Shown: piece by piece, positions 1 through 12,490 of the stretch | How the letters are laid out: the number at the start of each line of letters is the position of its first letter | How positions within the stretch are numbered: position 1 is the first letter of the stretch | Source of the DNA: Octopus sinensis | Taxonomy: Eukaryota | Direction: 5' to 3' | Length of the DNA stretch: 64,000 nt | Assembly: GCF_006345805.1 (NCBI RefSeq) | Contig: NC_042998.1 | Location: 16,430,001 to 16,494,000 of the forward strand | Notes under the pieces: generated by a model | What the model was told of the DNA's origin: nothing | What the model saw: only the letters and a program-made list of their open reading frames with translations | Database searches by the model: none | Translations under genes and position numbers: made by a program

Positions 1-1336
1 ATTGAATATTTTTATATGACTTCTGTCAAGAGTTATAAAACCAGCTTAATGAAGAAATATCATCGATATTAATTACGAGTTCTAAACTAATTACACCAGT
101 ATTGAATTTCTGGAAGCCAGAGCATTATGCATGTGTGGGAAATAAATATTTAACTCTTAAACGAGACCTGTTCATTTAAAAATATATCATGTTATTAAAA
201 TTCAGCGTTATTACTGAGCTAAAATAACACATCTTTCAGAAAATCTAACTTAAATTCTCGTAAAATCCCATCAATCATTACAGTCTTTATAGCCAATAAT
301 TTGAAATGACATTCGGAACGTCAAGTTTCGAACTTCTCTTAAGGTTAAAAATAATAATCGCTTCATTAGTGCTTTAACAAGGTATCCACATATATATGTT
401 TAGCAGTACTATTTCAAGAGCGAAATTTTCTGCAGGATTTGTTAAGCACGTCGTACTCATAAAATATTTATTTTCAAGATAAGTGCAATTGCGTGAAAAG
501 TAATCAGCAATATTTCGAGTAATTGTAAATTACTGGTATCTTTTACGCAATGTTTTGTTCGTAATAAGTTAGCCAGTTTTCTATTATCAGTAATATTCTG
601 GTCAATTCCCTTAAACATTCTAGAATTGAATAATTTTAAATATTATGGCAAACAAGATAGCCTTTTGGACTTTAAACTTGAAAATCTGGTGGACACAACC
701 AATTAAATAAAAATAAATTTCAAGAAGGAATCAAAATTATTTAGAAAATATTAAACACTATTATTATTATTAACAAAACCATATAAAGCCAACACATAAA
801 CTCATTTTATAGGTGCTTCATCAAGTGACTCAATTTCCAGCATTGCTTAGGTAATATATTTGATATTAACATTAAATCCTCATCCGTTGGCTAAGAATTT
901 TATTTAAACAAACAAATTATATAACTCTTCAAATGTATCTTTATGTATCACAAGTAAGTTTTCCCATTTATATATTCAAACTACAAAGATTTTTAATGCA
1001 AACAGCTTGAAATCGTACAAGTATGGTGTTAGCATTGCAAACTATTTTGTGCATGAAACTCTTCCCTTTATAATGAGGATATTTCTAATCCTTCTTATTA
1101 TATGAAATACGTCAAACCTGTTTACTTCTATAACTTAAAATCGTTGAAAGGCATAGACGTGAAATGCCCTAAAACTGCATTTCATGGTCTATTATTTTTC
1201 CGAAATGGTCTGTTTAATCATGCGCCTAATTTTACTAAAAGCAATAAGAATTGGTAACTCCTATCCGGTCCATTCTATTACAAATATTCGGATCATTCTT
1301 CCATCAAAACATATGTCATGATATCCAGTTTATTAG

Positions 1337-1401
1337 GCATTTTGATGATCTTCTCCAAGAGGAAGCTGCACGAAGTCTTTGACGTTGCGGTGCCTTCCCA
1401 G
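1337..1401 (+). CDS. Candidate internal coding exon (phase 1 to 0), peptide GILMIFSKRKLHEVFDVAVPSQ, product unknown
   Basis: Acceptor tttattag ends at 1336 and donor CAG|GTAAAT starts at 1402. The block is GC-richer than its flanks and only one frame is open. No family recognised. Confidence 0.3.
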
Positions 1402-2862
1402 GTAAATATGAACATAGTGATTCGCTTGACGAAAGTCAGTGCTAGTTCGATGCCAAAGCAATTATACTAATATGTAGGACTTTTTCTCATGTTAGTACAA
1501 GAGTGATTTCATAACAACAAACTTAGAACGTTGTATCAAACGTCCAGTTCCTCTCTACAAATAATAGTAATATATTTTGTTTTAATTTATTAAATCACTC
1601 ATTAGCTAATCTGTACAAAATTCACAACTTTTCGAATAAATACCTTAATAAATATTTAAGAAAACGAAGAGTAGAAAAAATCTAAATACTCATATAAATG
1701 TAATTTTAGATTGTATAAAAATTTACAACAAATTGTTCAATAAAATTTTCAGGTTAAGTAAGAAGTAAATAATGAATTGATATATCATATTCTTTTTGAT
1801 TCATATGTTTCTATTTACAGCTTTATAGAAAATTCGATTCAGAATTCTGTGCACACATATTCCACATTCCTAGATATATTTGCTTAAAATATTGCGGAAA
1901 ATGAATAATTTTCCGTAATTAATATAGTTTAGTGTGGTAAATTCATAGTACGTATGCAAAATATTTATGAATTTGCGTGTGAATAACTCAGTAGAGAAAG
2001 TTTCAGTAGGATATGAGACTGTGACATGAGGTTGAGAGATGCGTGCGTGTGTATATGTGCATTCATACATATACACATTTTTTACAATATATATTTTCAT
2101 ATCCAAACGGACTCACACATACACACACACACACACAAACACACACGCTCACACACACACACACACGGACTCACATATACACAGCATACAAGAATTTACA
2201 GTTACAACGTTAATACGTACCAATTTTTTTGTTGATTTGTTACATAACTTACACAACTATACGACAACGAAAAAATTACGATTCCCTTTAAACATTAGCT
2301 GAATGCAAACACACAGACACACACACAAATACATATTTGCGTGCACACATAAATGTGTATCGACCACACATAATCAATGTATGTGCTATGCTTGTTTGAC
2401 AGGATTTTGTGCTCGTGCAGTGGAGATGACTCCCTCAAAGCGGCGTGTGTTTTAACATCTTAAAGTCTTGGACAGCAAAACAATTCACCTGCCCATTCAG
2501 GATCGATGGACATCGGTTATTCATCATTTTAGTATTGTTATACTAATGTATGCTTCGTCCGGTCAGAACAACAATTAGCTTTGACATTATCTGCATATAG
2601 ACATGGAATGGCGATTCAGTTCACCTCTAATTCGATACTGCTCCGTGTCCCCCCCAAAAAGCGAAATATGGACGTCATCGGTCTTTAATTTGATTTCGGG
2701 CGGGATTTTCCTAGCTTGTCCATGAATTTCAAGTGTATTACCAATCACACTTTGGATGAATCATTGTATCATACCGACACACAAACCGTGTGTTCGATAA
2801 TATTTAGAGCACTACCGATGCTTCTTTTTCATATACGAGTGCACAAACACACTCATACACAA

Positions 2863-2864
2863 AC

Positions 2865-2920
<56 letters not shown>

Positions 2921-2921
2921 A

Positions 2922-2998
<77 letters not shown>

Positions 2999-3025
2999 CA
3001 TATATGTGTGTGTGTGTGTGTGTGC
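2863..3025. repeat. (TA)n/(TG)n microsatellite
   Basis: Direct reading; explains the YI-rich ORFs at 2804-3129. Confidence 0.95.
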
Positions 3026-3108
3026 CATATGTTTCCTTCAGTTTTCGAGTAACTATTCCACTCATAGTTGCATGTATGCATGAATGTGCATATTTGTATG
3101 TATATATA

Positions 3109-4022
3109 ATGAGAATTTACAGAAAACAAAAGACAGAGATGGGTGCGTAAACAACAAACAGATGTATTAGTTTAACGCTCGGGAAGTGAGAAAGTTTTCG
3201 ACAGAAAGGCACACAGAAATAAACAGGGAGAGAAAATAGAAAAGTTTTAGTGGCTAGCGATCTACCATAGCGAATGTCGGACAGATGGGTCATACAGAAA
3301 AGCTACGAAGAAGGGGAGATAATAAATTAGCGGTGATCCCAAAACGAAGGTACGCGTGCATTTGTATGTGAGAGCATGTATGTGCGCGTAGAAGGGGCTG
3401 GTGATCTTGACGTGTGAGTGTGTGCAGGTGTAGGTGTGTGGGTGATGGTGTAGGTGCCGGGAAGTGGTCAGTGCTAGTGAGTGCGGAGTAGTGTGATGTG
3501 GTTTGGTATGGTAGTGTGTGGTATAGTGGTGTATGATGTGGTGGTGTGGCTGTGTGTGGTGTCGTGCTCTTGGGGTCTGGGGAGGCGAGATTGGGGAAGC
3601 AAGGGTTGAGTCTAAGGGATGGGGTGGGATGGGATATATAGGGATGGTGGGGTTGGAATTTGTAGGGGTAGGGTCGCGAGGGAGGAGGTGATGATGGGGG
3701 GAAGAGGGTGGAAAGGAGTAGGTGGGTCGGAGTGAAGATAAGAAGTAGGTGTGACAGGAATTTCGGCTTAACAATGGAGTTTGGATGTGTCAGGTTGGGG
3801 GTTGGGCCGAAGGTGAAGGAGTAGTTGGAGTGCACACAGCCAGTCGTGGTGAGGGATCACCGTGTATGGGACTCTTGATGTCAAGAGTAAAGAGAAGTTT
3901 AGAGGGGCCAGGAGGAAAGGAGAAATATTTGAACAAACGAAGAGCATGATTTAGTGTCAGGGATGTGAGAGTGAAGGGAAACCACCTGGGGGACAATGAT
4001 GTCCTTGCCCCGCTTGCCAGGT
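3109..4022 (-). mobile_element. Penelope-like retroelement (PLE) fragment: RT motif region fused to the 3' region/pseudo-LTR, internally deleted
   Basis: The minus strand at about 3760-4020 reads, across frameshifts, DT-NHALRLFKYFSFPPGPSKLLFTLDIKS-YTVIPH..LCALQLLLHLRPNPQPDT, matching the PLE RT motif TLDxKSLYT. Positions 3109-3300 match the termini at 30300-30420, 42068-42238 and 44750-44960. The end abuts TA repeats. Confidence 0.8.
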
Positions 4023-4199
4023 TTGTTATAATAATGTGTTTAGGAAATTAATACGCATTGTATCTAATATAAAATTTGACCGCATTTATTTCCTAAAAAT
4101 AGTATTTTGCTCTCACAAAGATTGAATTAGCTAATCCAATATTGATGAAAGGTGCTATCAATTATGTCTATCATTGGTTATTAATTAAGAATACTAGTC

Positions 4200-4390
4200 G
4201 GCGAGCTGGAAGAATCGTTAGCATGCTGGGCGAAATGTTTAGTGTATTTCGACTGTCTTACCTTTTGAGTTCAAATTCTACCGAGGTCGACTCTGCCTTT
4301 AATATTTTCGGGGTCGATGCAAAAAACTACCAAGGCAGCCCTGAGGCCGTCCCCCAAGATTTCAAACCTTGTGCTTTTAGGAGGAATGAT
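4200..4390 (+). mobile_element. Old copy of tRNA-derived SINE family M (Meta-domain-like core)
   Basis: ggcgagctggaagaatcgttagc (A-box-like), gagttcaaattc (B-box-like), ccgaggtcgactctgcctttaatattttcggggtcgat; homologous to 11128-11354. Confidence 0.8.
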
Positions 4391-5486
4391 TAATTGAGTA
4401 TACTACTGTGTATATTTGATGTGAAATACGTGAATCGGAGACATGAAGTGGTGAATTAGCTCGTAATATTTTTTCAACTATTTTGCATTCTTTGTATTAC
4501 CTGTAAAGTTTCAAAGAGTAACTAATATTTGTTAATTCAGTGAACATACTTGAAGATATAACCCATACCTAATGTTTGCGTTTCATTTTTGTTTTCTCCG
4601 GTTGTAGAAATTAATTACTATCATATTCCCGACTATTACATAGAACTGATTAGTGTATTCTACTGAGTTCAGGCACTGATTTACTTTACGATAACATGTG
4701 AAACGATTCTGTTCATGTATATTCCCAGTGGACCTTCCAATTGTTAAACCAACGACTGTGCAATGCAATATTCATGGGAATATTTGAATTTAATTCAGAT
4801 ATTTGATGATATATAATGAATTCGCGCGATATTCCAATGCATCTGCTGCAGGCAAATGTTGTTGGAATCCTACTCTTCGTCATAATTATCACCATAGAAA
4901 TATGGAGCTCTTTGTGTGAAATGCATATTCTCAATTTTTGAGTCTCACATAAGATATGTGTTTGTATCTTTATATATTCGCTAAAAAATTAAATATCATA
5001 CTTTTCTGAACATTGCCTTATTCATTGTGTGTTATCTATAAGATAAATGAAAAGGTGGTAAAGATCAATATATCTGCATTGCAGAGTGTAACTCTCTGAA
5101 TTGCTTTTTATGCAACAAAACACATATCATCCGCGAAAAATTAAATCTTAAATTGTCTTGGAATTTCATGCAAATCTTTTATGAAATACCGGGAGAAAAA
5201 TGTTACGATGTATTCCTAACGTAAGGATTTCTTCAAAAAGGACATATACACAGCTTCCTCTTTCACAAACACACACACATATACACGAACACTCACTCAT
5301 GCACGCATGCACACACATGCACACGCAAACACACCAACTCGTACACACACTCACACAAACAAATATAAATTTATATATTAACTTATGCATGCATGGGCTA
5401 CATTCTTCAGTGCATTTTTCCATTTTTAAACAAGTGACGCGTAACATCAAGAAGAATTGGTTGTTACTGTTAGTAAAATGTGCGCG

Positions 5487-5562
<76 letters not shown>

Positions 5563-5611
5563 TATATAAATATATGTACATACATATATATATATATGCA
5601 TATATATATAC

Positions 5612-5978
5612 GCAGGAGTGGCTGTGTGGTAAGTAGCTTGTTTACCAACCACATGGTTCCGAGTTCAGTCCCACTGCGGGGCACCTTCTACTATAGCCTC
5701 GGGCCAACCAAAGCCTTGTGAGTGGATTTGGTAGACGGAAACTGAAAGAAGCCCGTTGTATATATGTATATATATATATATATATATGTGCGTGTGTGTG
5801 TTTGTGTCTGTATTTGTCCCACTAGCATTGCTTGACAACCGATGCGGCAAAAGAGACCGATAGAATAAGTACTGGGCTTACAAAAGAATAAGTCCCGGGG
5901 TTGAGTTGCTCGATTAAAGGCGGTGCTCCAGCATGGCCGCAGTCAAAATACTGAAACAAGTAAAAGAGTAAAAGAGTA
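5612..5978 (+). mobile_element. tRNA-derived SINE family K with internal (TA)n(TG)n and (TAAAAGAG)n tail, two internal deletions
   Basis: Head gcaggagtggctgtgtggtaag...gagttcagtccc; tail ggcggtgctccagcatggccgcagtcaa...gtaaaagagtaaaagag; homologous to 49030-49425. Confidence 0.92.
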
Positions 5979-5980
5979 TG

Positions 5981-6047
<67 letters not shown>

Positions 6048-6658
6048 CATATATATGATATGAAGCTAAGCAACGATCGAACATATTGGAACATTTGAGT
6101 TCTTGGTTTCATGTTATCTGTTCAGTCAAAATTATTTGGGGCAAGGTGATATCTTGAATGATAGCTGGGTTTTATGGTAGCTTGTGATGAGGAAAAGCTT
6201 TCGGGAATTGGTATTTATTTAATATGTATTTGTATTAATGAGCAGAATTTATTCATATGCGTGGAGCTTTCTAATTAGTTATGTCTATTTAGATATGTCA
6301 CCTTCAGTTTGTAAGGGGTCACAAAGAATGTTGTTGTGTAAAAGGTATACATTGATCAGCAGATGTTTCACTATATAAAGCCAGGGTGAATTCAAATGTT
6401 CAACAGCCTGAGGATTCCTTAGCTGACCGAAATTTAAAAGCCAGTCTTCTCTTCTTGTTAAACAATAATATATCTGTACTTTACCAAAAGTATTCAGTAA
6501 TCATCCAGTTTATTGTAAAATTAGTATTAAGTCAACATAAAAACAAAAAAGCACACAAAGACACAAACACACACTCACACACACACACACGGAAACACAT
6601 ACACGCTCATATACATACATATGTGTATGTATATGGCAACTATATTTATTTGTTTTTC

Positions 6659-6983
<325 letters not shown>

Positions 6984-7704
6984 TTCTTCAATCAAGTGCG
7001 ATTAAATAAGAAAATTAGTACGACTAATAATCTGTTTATGGTTGTCCAATGGACTTATAGTGGTTGCACTACTTGTTATGAGAAGTACATCACTATAACT
7101 TTACGTTGCTGATGAAGATTAACCTCTAAATTGTATTCAGTGAAAGCTATAATTTTAAATTAGGCTTATTTGTATAACGTTACAGTGAAATTTAATTAGC
7201 TTTGTCTAAATATTTCATATACGCGTGTTTTCAAATTGAATTGGTTAGCAATGGAAATCATTATTTACACATTAATACTATAGTTTGAATGTTACGATGG
7301 CCGAGCCACTAAAGCAGAAAAGGAATTGCATTAGTCTATATAATTTCTTCACATTCTCTCATCTACTTGAAGCATAAAACGGATTCCACACTGCACTTTC
7401 AACTGCCCTTTGCATATGAAACAAACACCGCAAATAAAGTAAATCGAATTGACTACCTTCAGACTTCAATCAAATTGGCTGACTTTACACTTCATTCATT
7501 TACATTACAACGGGGTGCTTGTTGCCTAGGCCCAGAGCAACACGCTTCAGTCAGATCTATGACAAAACGCATTCAAAACGTTCATCTTGCGTACTATAAA
7601 AGTTATGGTCTGATTTCTGGGAGAATTGACCGAATCTTCCTTTTGCCGAGCTATCTTTCTGCCTTTCTTCATATACGTACAGACATATCTATCTTTCTAT
7701 CTCT

Positions 7705-7910
7705 TTTATCCTTTACTCTGTTCGGAAACCTGTCCGCGGCCATGCTGGGGCAGGGCGTTGAAGAATTTCATGCGAACGAATCGACTTTAATACGTATTAT
7801 TTTAAAGCCTGGTACTTATTCGATTATTCGTCGCTTGCTGAACCGCTGGTTCATGGCGATGTAAACACACCGACGCTGGTTGTCAAGCTGTGGTGGTGAA
7901 CAAACACCGT
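7705..7910 (-). mobile_element. Diverged 3' half of SINE family K
   Basis: gcggccatgctggggc, ggtacttattcgat, gaaccgct, gtaaacacaccgacgctggttgtcaagc are the reverse complement of the family K tail. Confidence 0.7.
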
Positions 7911-8198
7911 CACGAGATCACACACACAGATACATACAAACATAATTACGAGTCGGTTGAATTAGGTACTGATATTGAGGCAGCTTTGTTAGAGTGAACT
8001 CATTTGTACACTCAGACCATATCAAACTCTGTGCACAGGTGCTGGCCCTTGATATTCTTGCAGTGTATGAAGATAACATGGCACAAGTTATTGCAGAGGT
8101 CCGTTTTTTTCTTGTTCAGAAGCATACTTTATATAAAAAGACGTGAAGATCCCAGAGTAGGTGAATAAAATATAAATGAGTAACATATATGCACAGGT

Positions 8199-8290
8199 GT
8201 AAATTCATTACGGCCGTTTCAAGCGACTCATTTAATTGATTAATGAAAACATTACATCATTACAAAACCCCGTTTCCGTCAGATGACTAC
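8199..8290 (-). ncRNA. Hammerhead-like motif, family B (long stem II, palindromic stem III ACGGCCGU)
   Basis: Minus strand: GUAGUCAU-CUGACGG-[about 55 nt]-GAAA-CGGCCG-UA-AUGAAUUUAC; homologous to 52243-52335 and 52855-52947. Confidence 0.55.
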
Positions 8291-8439
8291 ATAGACTTCT
8301 AACACAAAAGACAAACCAACTGCTTTAACATATTTGTATTACCAACATAACTCAAATATTTACATAGATTCTGCTTTGGCAGAATCATATACATTCTGCT
8401 AAATATATAGCAGAATCATGTAGACATACTACCAAATAC

Positions 8440-11030
8440 ATACATCTACACATCACAATTCTGTGATGTTGGGTGTTAAACTGTTGTGGTCCTTATTTAA
8501 GATGGAGAAGACGTGAATTTTGGTATCATGCAGTGCCGTCCAGTTCAGTGGTTGGCATAGATTTAATTCCAAAGTTAGCTAGAGATTCTAGAACCTTACG
8601 TGTGTATGTCACTGCATATCTTTCTTGTCCTCTCTCCAGAGAATAGAGCTTCAGTTCTCTTACCCTCTGTCAGTAGCTGATCTGTTTCACCGTCTTAATC
8701 TTCTTTGTGTTGTAGCACTGGATTGCCTCAAATTCCTTCACAGTTTGACGTTTTGCGTCGACCATATTTGGGAGTAGTAATCTAGACGGTTGAGTAAGAA
8801 TATTTCCCATGGGAGTAGCAATGTGTCCTTATTTCTTATTCTGAATGATCCAAGAATCCACTCAGCTACGCGTTTGCACAACGTTGCTATCTTGGTAAAA
8901 AGTGAAATGTTGTATCATTACTCATCTGGATACTCAGGCAAAGCACCGATTTGATCTCTGAGATTGCAAATACCACTTGATCCTATGTATTCCGAATGTA
9001 GTCTGTGGACTGATAGCTGAGTGCCTGAAACGTATCAGCATTGGATTGCATATTGTTTTTATCAGTCCGTCTGTATATTGCATGCAAGTCATTTTCTAGA
9101 TTTACTATATCCTCATGTTCCTTGATCCTCTGTGATGTCTCTGTATCAACAGCGTAGCTCCAGAGACTGCCTATGCCTGAATTTTTCTTTTAAAATGCCG
9201 TGCAGACACTTGCCCAGCTTTCCGGTGATACCAAGGATACGTAGTTTGTGACATATCGCCCCAGGATCAATTTTGGCGATGGCTCACGCAAAATCGAGAT
9301 ATATTACATCTATTGGGTTGGCAACCAAATACCCGCCGTTTTCTTAAATTAGATTTTTTTTTATGTTTATAAAAATAACAACTAATTAATTATAAATGTA
9401 TTCACCCTCGTTGTTTATGACTTATTTCCATCGTTCAACAAGATTTTCAATACCTCGTTGGTAGAAATCGTCCGATTTCGACTCGAAAAATTGATTCAAC
9501 CAAGCTCTCAATCCGGTGTCAGTATTGAACGAAACTCTGCGCATAGCATCTGAAAGAGATCGAAAGAGGAGGAAATCCGTTTGCCAAATCAGGAGTGTAC
9601 GGCGGGTGTAGCAGCACTTCCCAGCCACGCGTTTGAATGGCTTCCTAGGTCATATTGGCGATATGAAGGCGGGCGTTGTCGTACAGCAGAAGAACTCCAT
9701 GCTGCCGATTAGGTCCTTTATCTTGAAAAGCCGTATCGAGTCGTTCCATCCGTTGAACATAGAGCTCCGTGTTAACCGTGTGGTTCCGTTCAAGCAATTA
9801 GTAATGGATAATCCCTTCTCAGTCCCACTATACGCACAACGTTGTTTTACGCAGATGAAGATCTTGTTTCACAACCGGTGTCGCTTGTTTACCGGAGTTA
9901 ATCCATTCCTTACGCTGCTTCATATTGATGAACAGGCACCATTGTTTGTCGCAAGTAACGATTCGTTAAAGAAATTGCTGTTGTGCTCATGAGTTGAGCG
10001 GTGACGAGCAAGCAAACCAGCGGAGATTGTGGCTCTTTGATTTTTGTTGTTGTCATTTGAAGCATGCGGTACTCTTGCTTCATACTTGTGAACGTTTCCC
10101 ATCGAGTGAAGATGCTTCTCTATAGCAGTGTTAGAGCATTCCATTTTCTCTGCCAGTTCCCTTGTCGTTTGGCAATAATTTTCGTGCAAAATTTAGTTTA
10201 ATCGCTCTTCATCACACTCAACTGGACGGCCAGAACAAGGTGCGTTTTTGAGGTCAAAATTTCCATATTTGAAATTGGCATAACAATCACGAGCGGTTTT
10301 TTTCTGCTATGGCACCCTCTCCATACACAGCAAAAATGTCGCAAGAAGCTTTTTCGGCCTTAGAACCTTGATTAAAAGCAAGTAGAAGGAGGAGTCGAAA
10401 ATGTTCGTTTTTCTTAACTAGACATTCCATTTTAATGAAAATAAAAAAATAATTAACTAAAATTAAGTAGAGAAAAAAATATATTTCAAAATGATTCAAA
10501 AATAGAATTCTCGAAAAAAATAGATTCCAAAATTTAATAAAACAATAAATTCCAAAATTTGAAAAAAAAACGTCGGGAAATTATTTGCCATCCAATACAT
10601 CTGAGTGGTTGAGTTGCTGTTTCAGCGTCCACTCATTATGTAACTCCTCTCTTGGCAGAAACCATGTTGTGTGTTTGTGAGCAAATTATTCTCTTCCAAG
10701 AATGTGATCAGTCTCCTTCTGACAATGTGTTCCATGACCTTACTAGCATGTGAAGGAAGAGAAATACTTTTAGCATCTGGTCTGCTTCCTCTTTTATGGA
10801 CAGGGCAGATGATGCCCTACTTCCAGATGTTTGGATTTTGCCGCATGCAAAGAAACTCTGAAAATGTATATGCAATGCTTTTAGTACAGCTTTCATTCAT
10901 GCTTTCAGGTGAAAAACCGGAAATCCATCCTGGCCCATTGCTGATTTCCAGCTCATCTCAGATTACATCTTGAGTTATGTCGATGGTTGCCTTTCCCCAT
11001 GTAGGTCTGCAGTGTTGAAGGGCACTTTAG
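8440..11030 (-). mobile_element. CR1/L2-clade LINE ORF2 relic (RT region), interrupted by a mariner
   Basis: Minus-strand fragments: IWK.GIICPVHKRG, KVMEHIVRRRLITFLEENNLLTNTQHGF, HSDV|DVIYLDFA, ICHKLRILGITGKLG, ELKLYSLERGQERYAV. Many stops and frameshifts. Confidence 0.88.
9313..10595 (-). mobile_element. Mariner DNA transposon, near full length (about 1.28 kb), transposase disrupted
   Basis: Imperfect TIRs ttgggttggcaa... and ...ttgccatccaa, with TA at 9311-9312 and 10596-10597. Fragments MECLVKKNEHFRLLLLLAFNQGSKAEKASCDIFAVYGEGAIAE, TTRELAEKM, FLLFRSLSDAMRRVSF, FYQRGIENLVERWK. Confidence 0.93.
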
Positions 11031-11127
11031 GCCCGCATGTTTTACGTACGTACGTATGTATTCATGTATGTATGTATATACGTATGTATGTATCTCTGTG
11101 TGTATATGTGCATATATATAAACATAT

Positions 11128-11350
11128 GCGAGCTGGCAGAAACGTTAGCACGCCGGGCGAAATGCGTAGCCATATTTCGTCTGCTGTTACATTCTGAGTT
11201 CAAATTCCGCCGAGGTCGACTTTGCCTTTCATCCTTTCGGGGTCGATAAAATTAAGTACCAGCTACGCACTGGTGTCGATGTAATCGACTTAATCCCTTT
11301 GTCTGACTTTGTTTGTCCCTCCTATGTTTAGCCCCTTGTGGGCAATAACG

Positions 11351-11354
<4 letters not shown>
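11128..11354 (+). mobile_element. tRNA-derived SINE family M, full length
   Basis: gcgagctggcagaaacgttagc...gagttcaaattccgccgaggtcgactttgcctttcatcctttcggggtcgataaaattaagtacc. The core resembles the Meta domain of MetaSINE/Sauria SINEs (from memory, not aligned). Confidence 0.92.
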
Positions 11355-11392
<38 letters not shown>

Positions 11393-11744
11393 CAAATGAT
11401 CATTATAAGAATTAATTCATTAATTCATTAATCAAATAAAAGGAAATGAAACAGATTTGTTGTTAATAATGGATTATTTATTTATTCAATCATCCCAGAC
11501 AGCTGTTTCTCTCAAAACGACCATGATATCATCAAAGGAATAATGCATATTAATATCATATAATGTCGTTTTCCACTCATCAGTGGATTATAATTAAAAC
11601 AGTAAGGCGTTTAAAAGTTTTACCTTGAGTTTTTTTCTTTCTTATCATCACATCAATATTTACTTTATTACACAAGATACATCTGTAGCATACAGATAGG
11701 CATATTGTTGATACGAGTGTGATCGTATGTATAAGTTGATACAT

Positions 11745-11898
11745 TATTTACATTATTTACATTCGACAGATATTTGTCCTTATCTTGTTTGTTGTTAACA
11801 CAGCAATTTCGGCTGATATACACTCCAGCCTTCTTCAGGTGTCTTCGGCAAATTTCAAACCTGGGTTCTCGTACCTAAGGTATTTTTCGATGTTATTA

Positions 11899-11948
<50 letters not shown>

Positions 11949-12030
11949 TATTATTATTGTTCAGGTCACTGCTTTGAATTGAACTTGGAATCTTAGGGTT
12001 AGTAGCCCGTGCTCTCAACCACTATGCCAT
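11745..12030 (-). mobile_element. tRNA-headed SINE with internal (AAT)n and a hammerhead-like 3' body
   Basis: Minus strand: TGGCATAGTGG (A box), ccaagttcaattc (B-box-like), (AAT)n of about 65 bp, then GACAC-CUGAAGA-A-GGCUG..CAGCC-GAAA. Confidence 0.7.
11797..11843 (-). ncRNA. Type I hammerhead-like motif, family D (cleavage triplet degenerate in this copy)
   Basis: Stem I GACAC/GUGUU, core CUGAAGA, 5-bp stem II GGCUG/CAGCC, GAAA, then UUGCU with no NUH in register. Confidence 0.6.
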
Positions 12031-12423
12031 CAACAATATACATACGATCACACTCACTTGTATGATTATGATTTGCGGCTATGATACTAAATTTACATTA
12101 ACATAGTAAATGAACAAACCTATAGAGAACATGCAACAAGAAATCTCGATGTTTAATCAAGAACGTTTACTAGTGATCACTGCATTTCAAACACACGAAA
12201 ACAACGGCATATCTATCAAATCAAAATACACTAAAAAGTAATCCCAATTAGATACTCTTATTCTGTTAAAGAAGCCTAATATTTGAACCTAGATAAGCAA
12301 TGGAAAACTGATTCTAAAAAATATATATCATAGAAACCAGAGCAAACGTATCACCGTCTCTTATATACATAGCCTCGGGCAACGCGTGTATTTCTGCGTG
12401 TCTGTGGTTCTGTCTGCTTTTGC

Positions 12424-12424
<1 letters not shown>

Positions 12425-12490
<66 letters not shown>
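12425..12490. repeat. (TA)n microsatellite
   Basis: Direct reading. Confidence 0.95.

Noticed and set aside
3262-3835. 170-181 aa Pro/His/Thr-rich ORFs
   Set aside because: Low-complexity PLE 3' region; only the 3760-4020 part has RT similarity.
6400-6460. CUGAGGA...GAAA hammerhead-like spacing
   Set aside because: No pairing stem II or stem I and no NUH in register; possibly a very old PLE end but unsupported.
11555-11595. Minus-strand CUGAUGA-GUG-GAAA
   Set aside because: No stem II, no NUH triplet, and the flanking helix is out of register.
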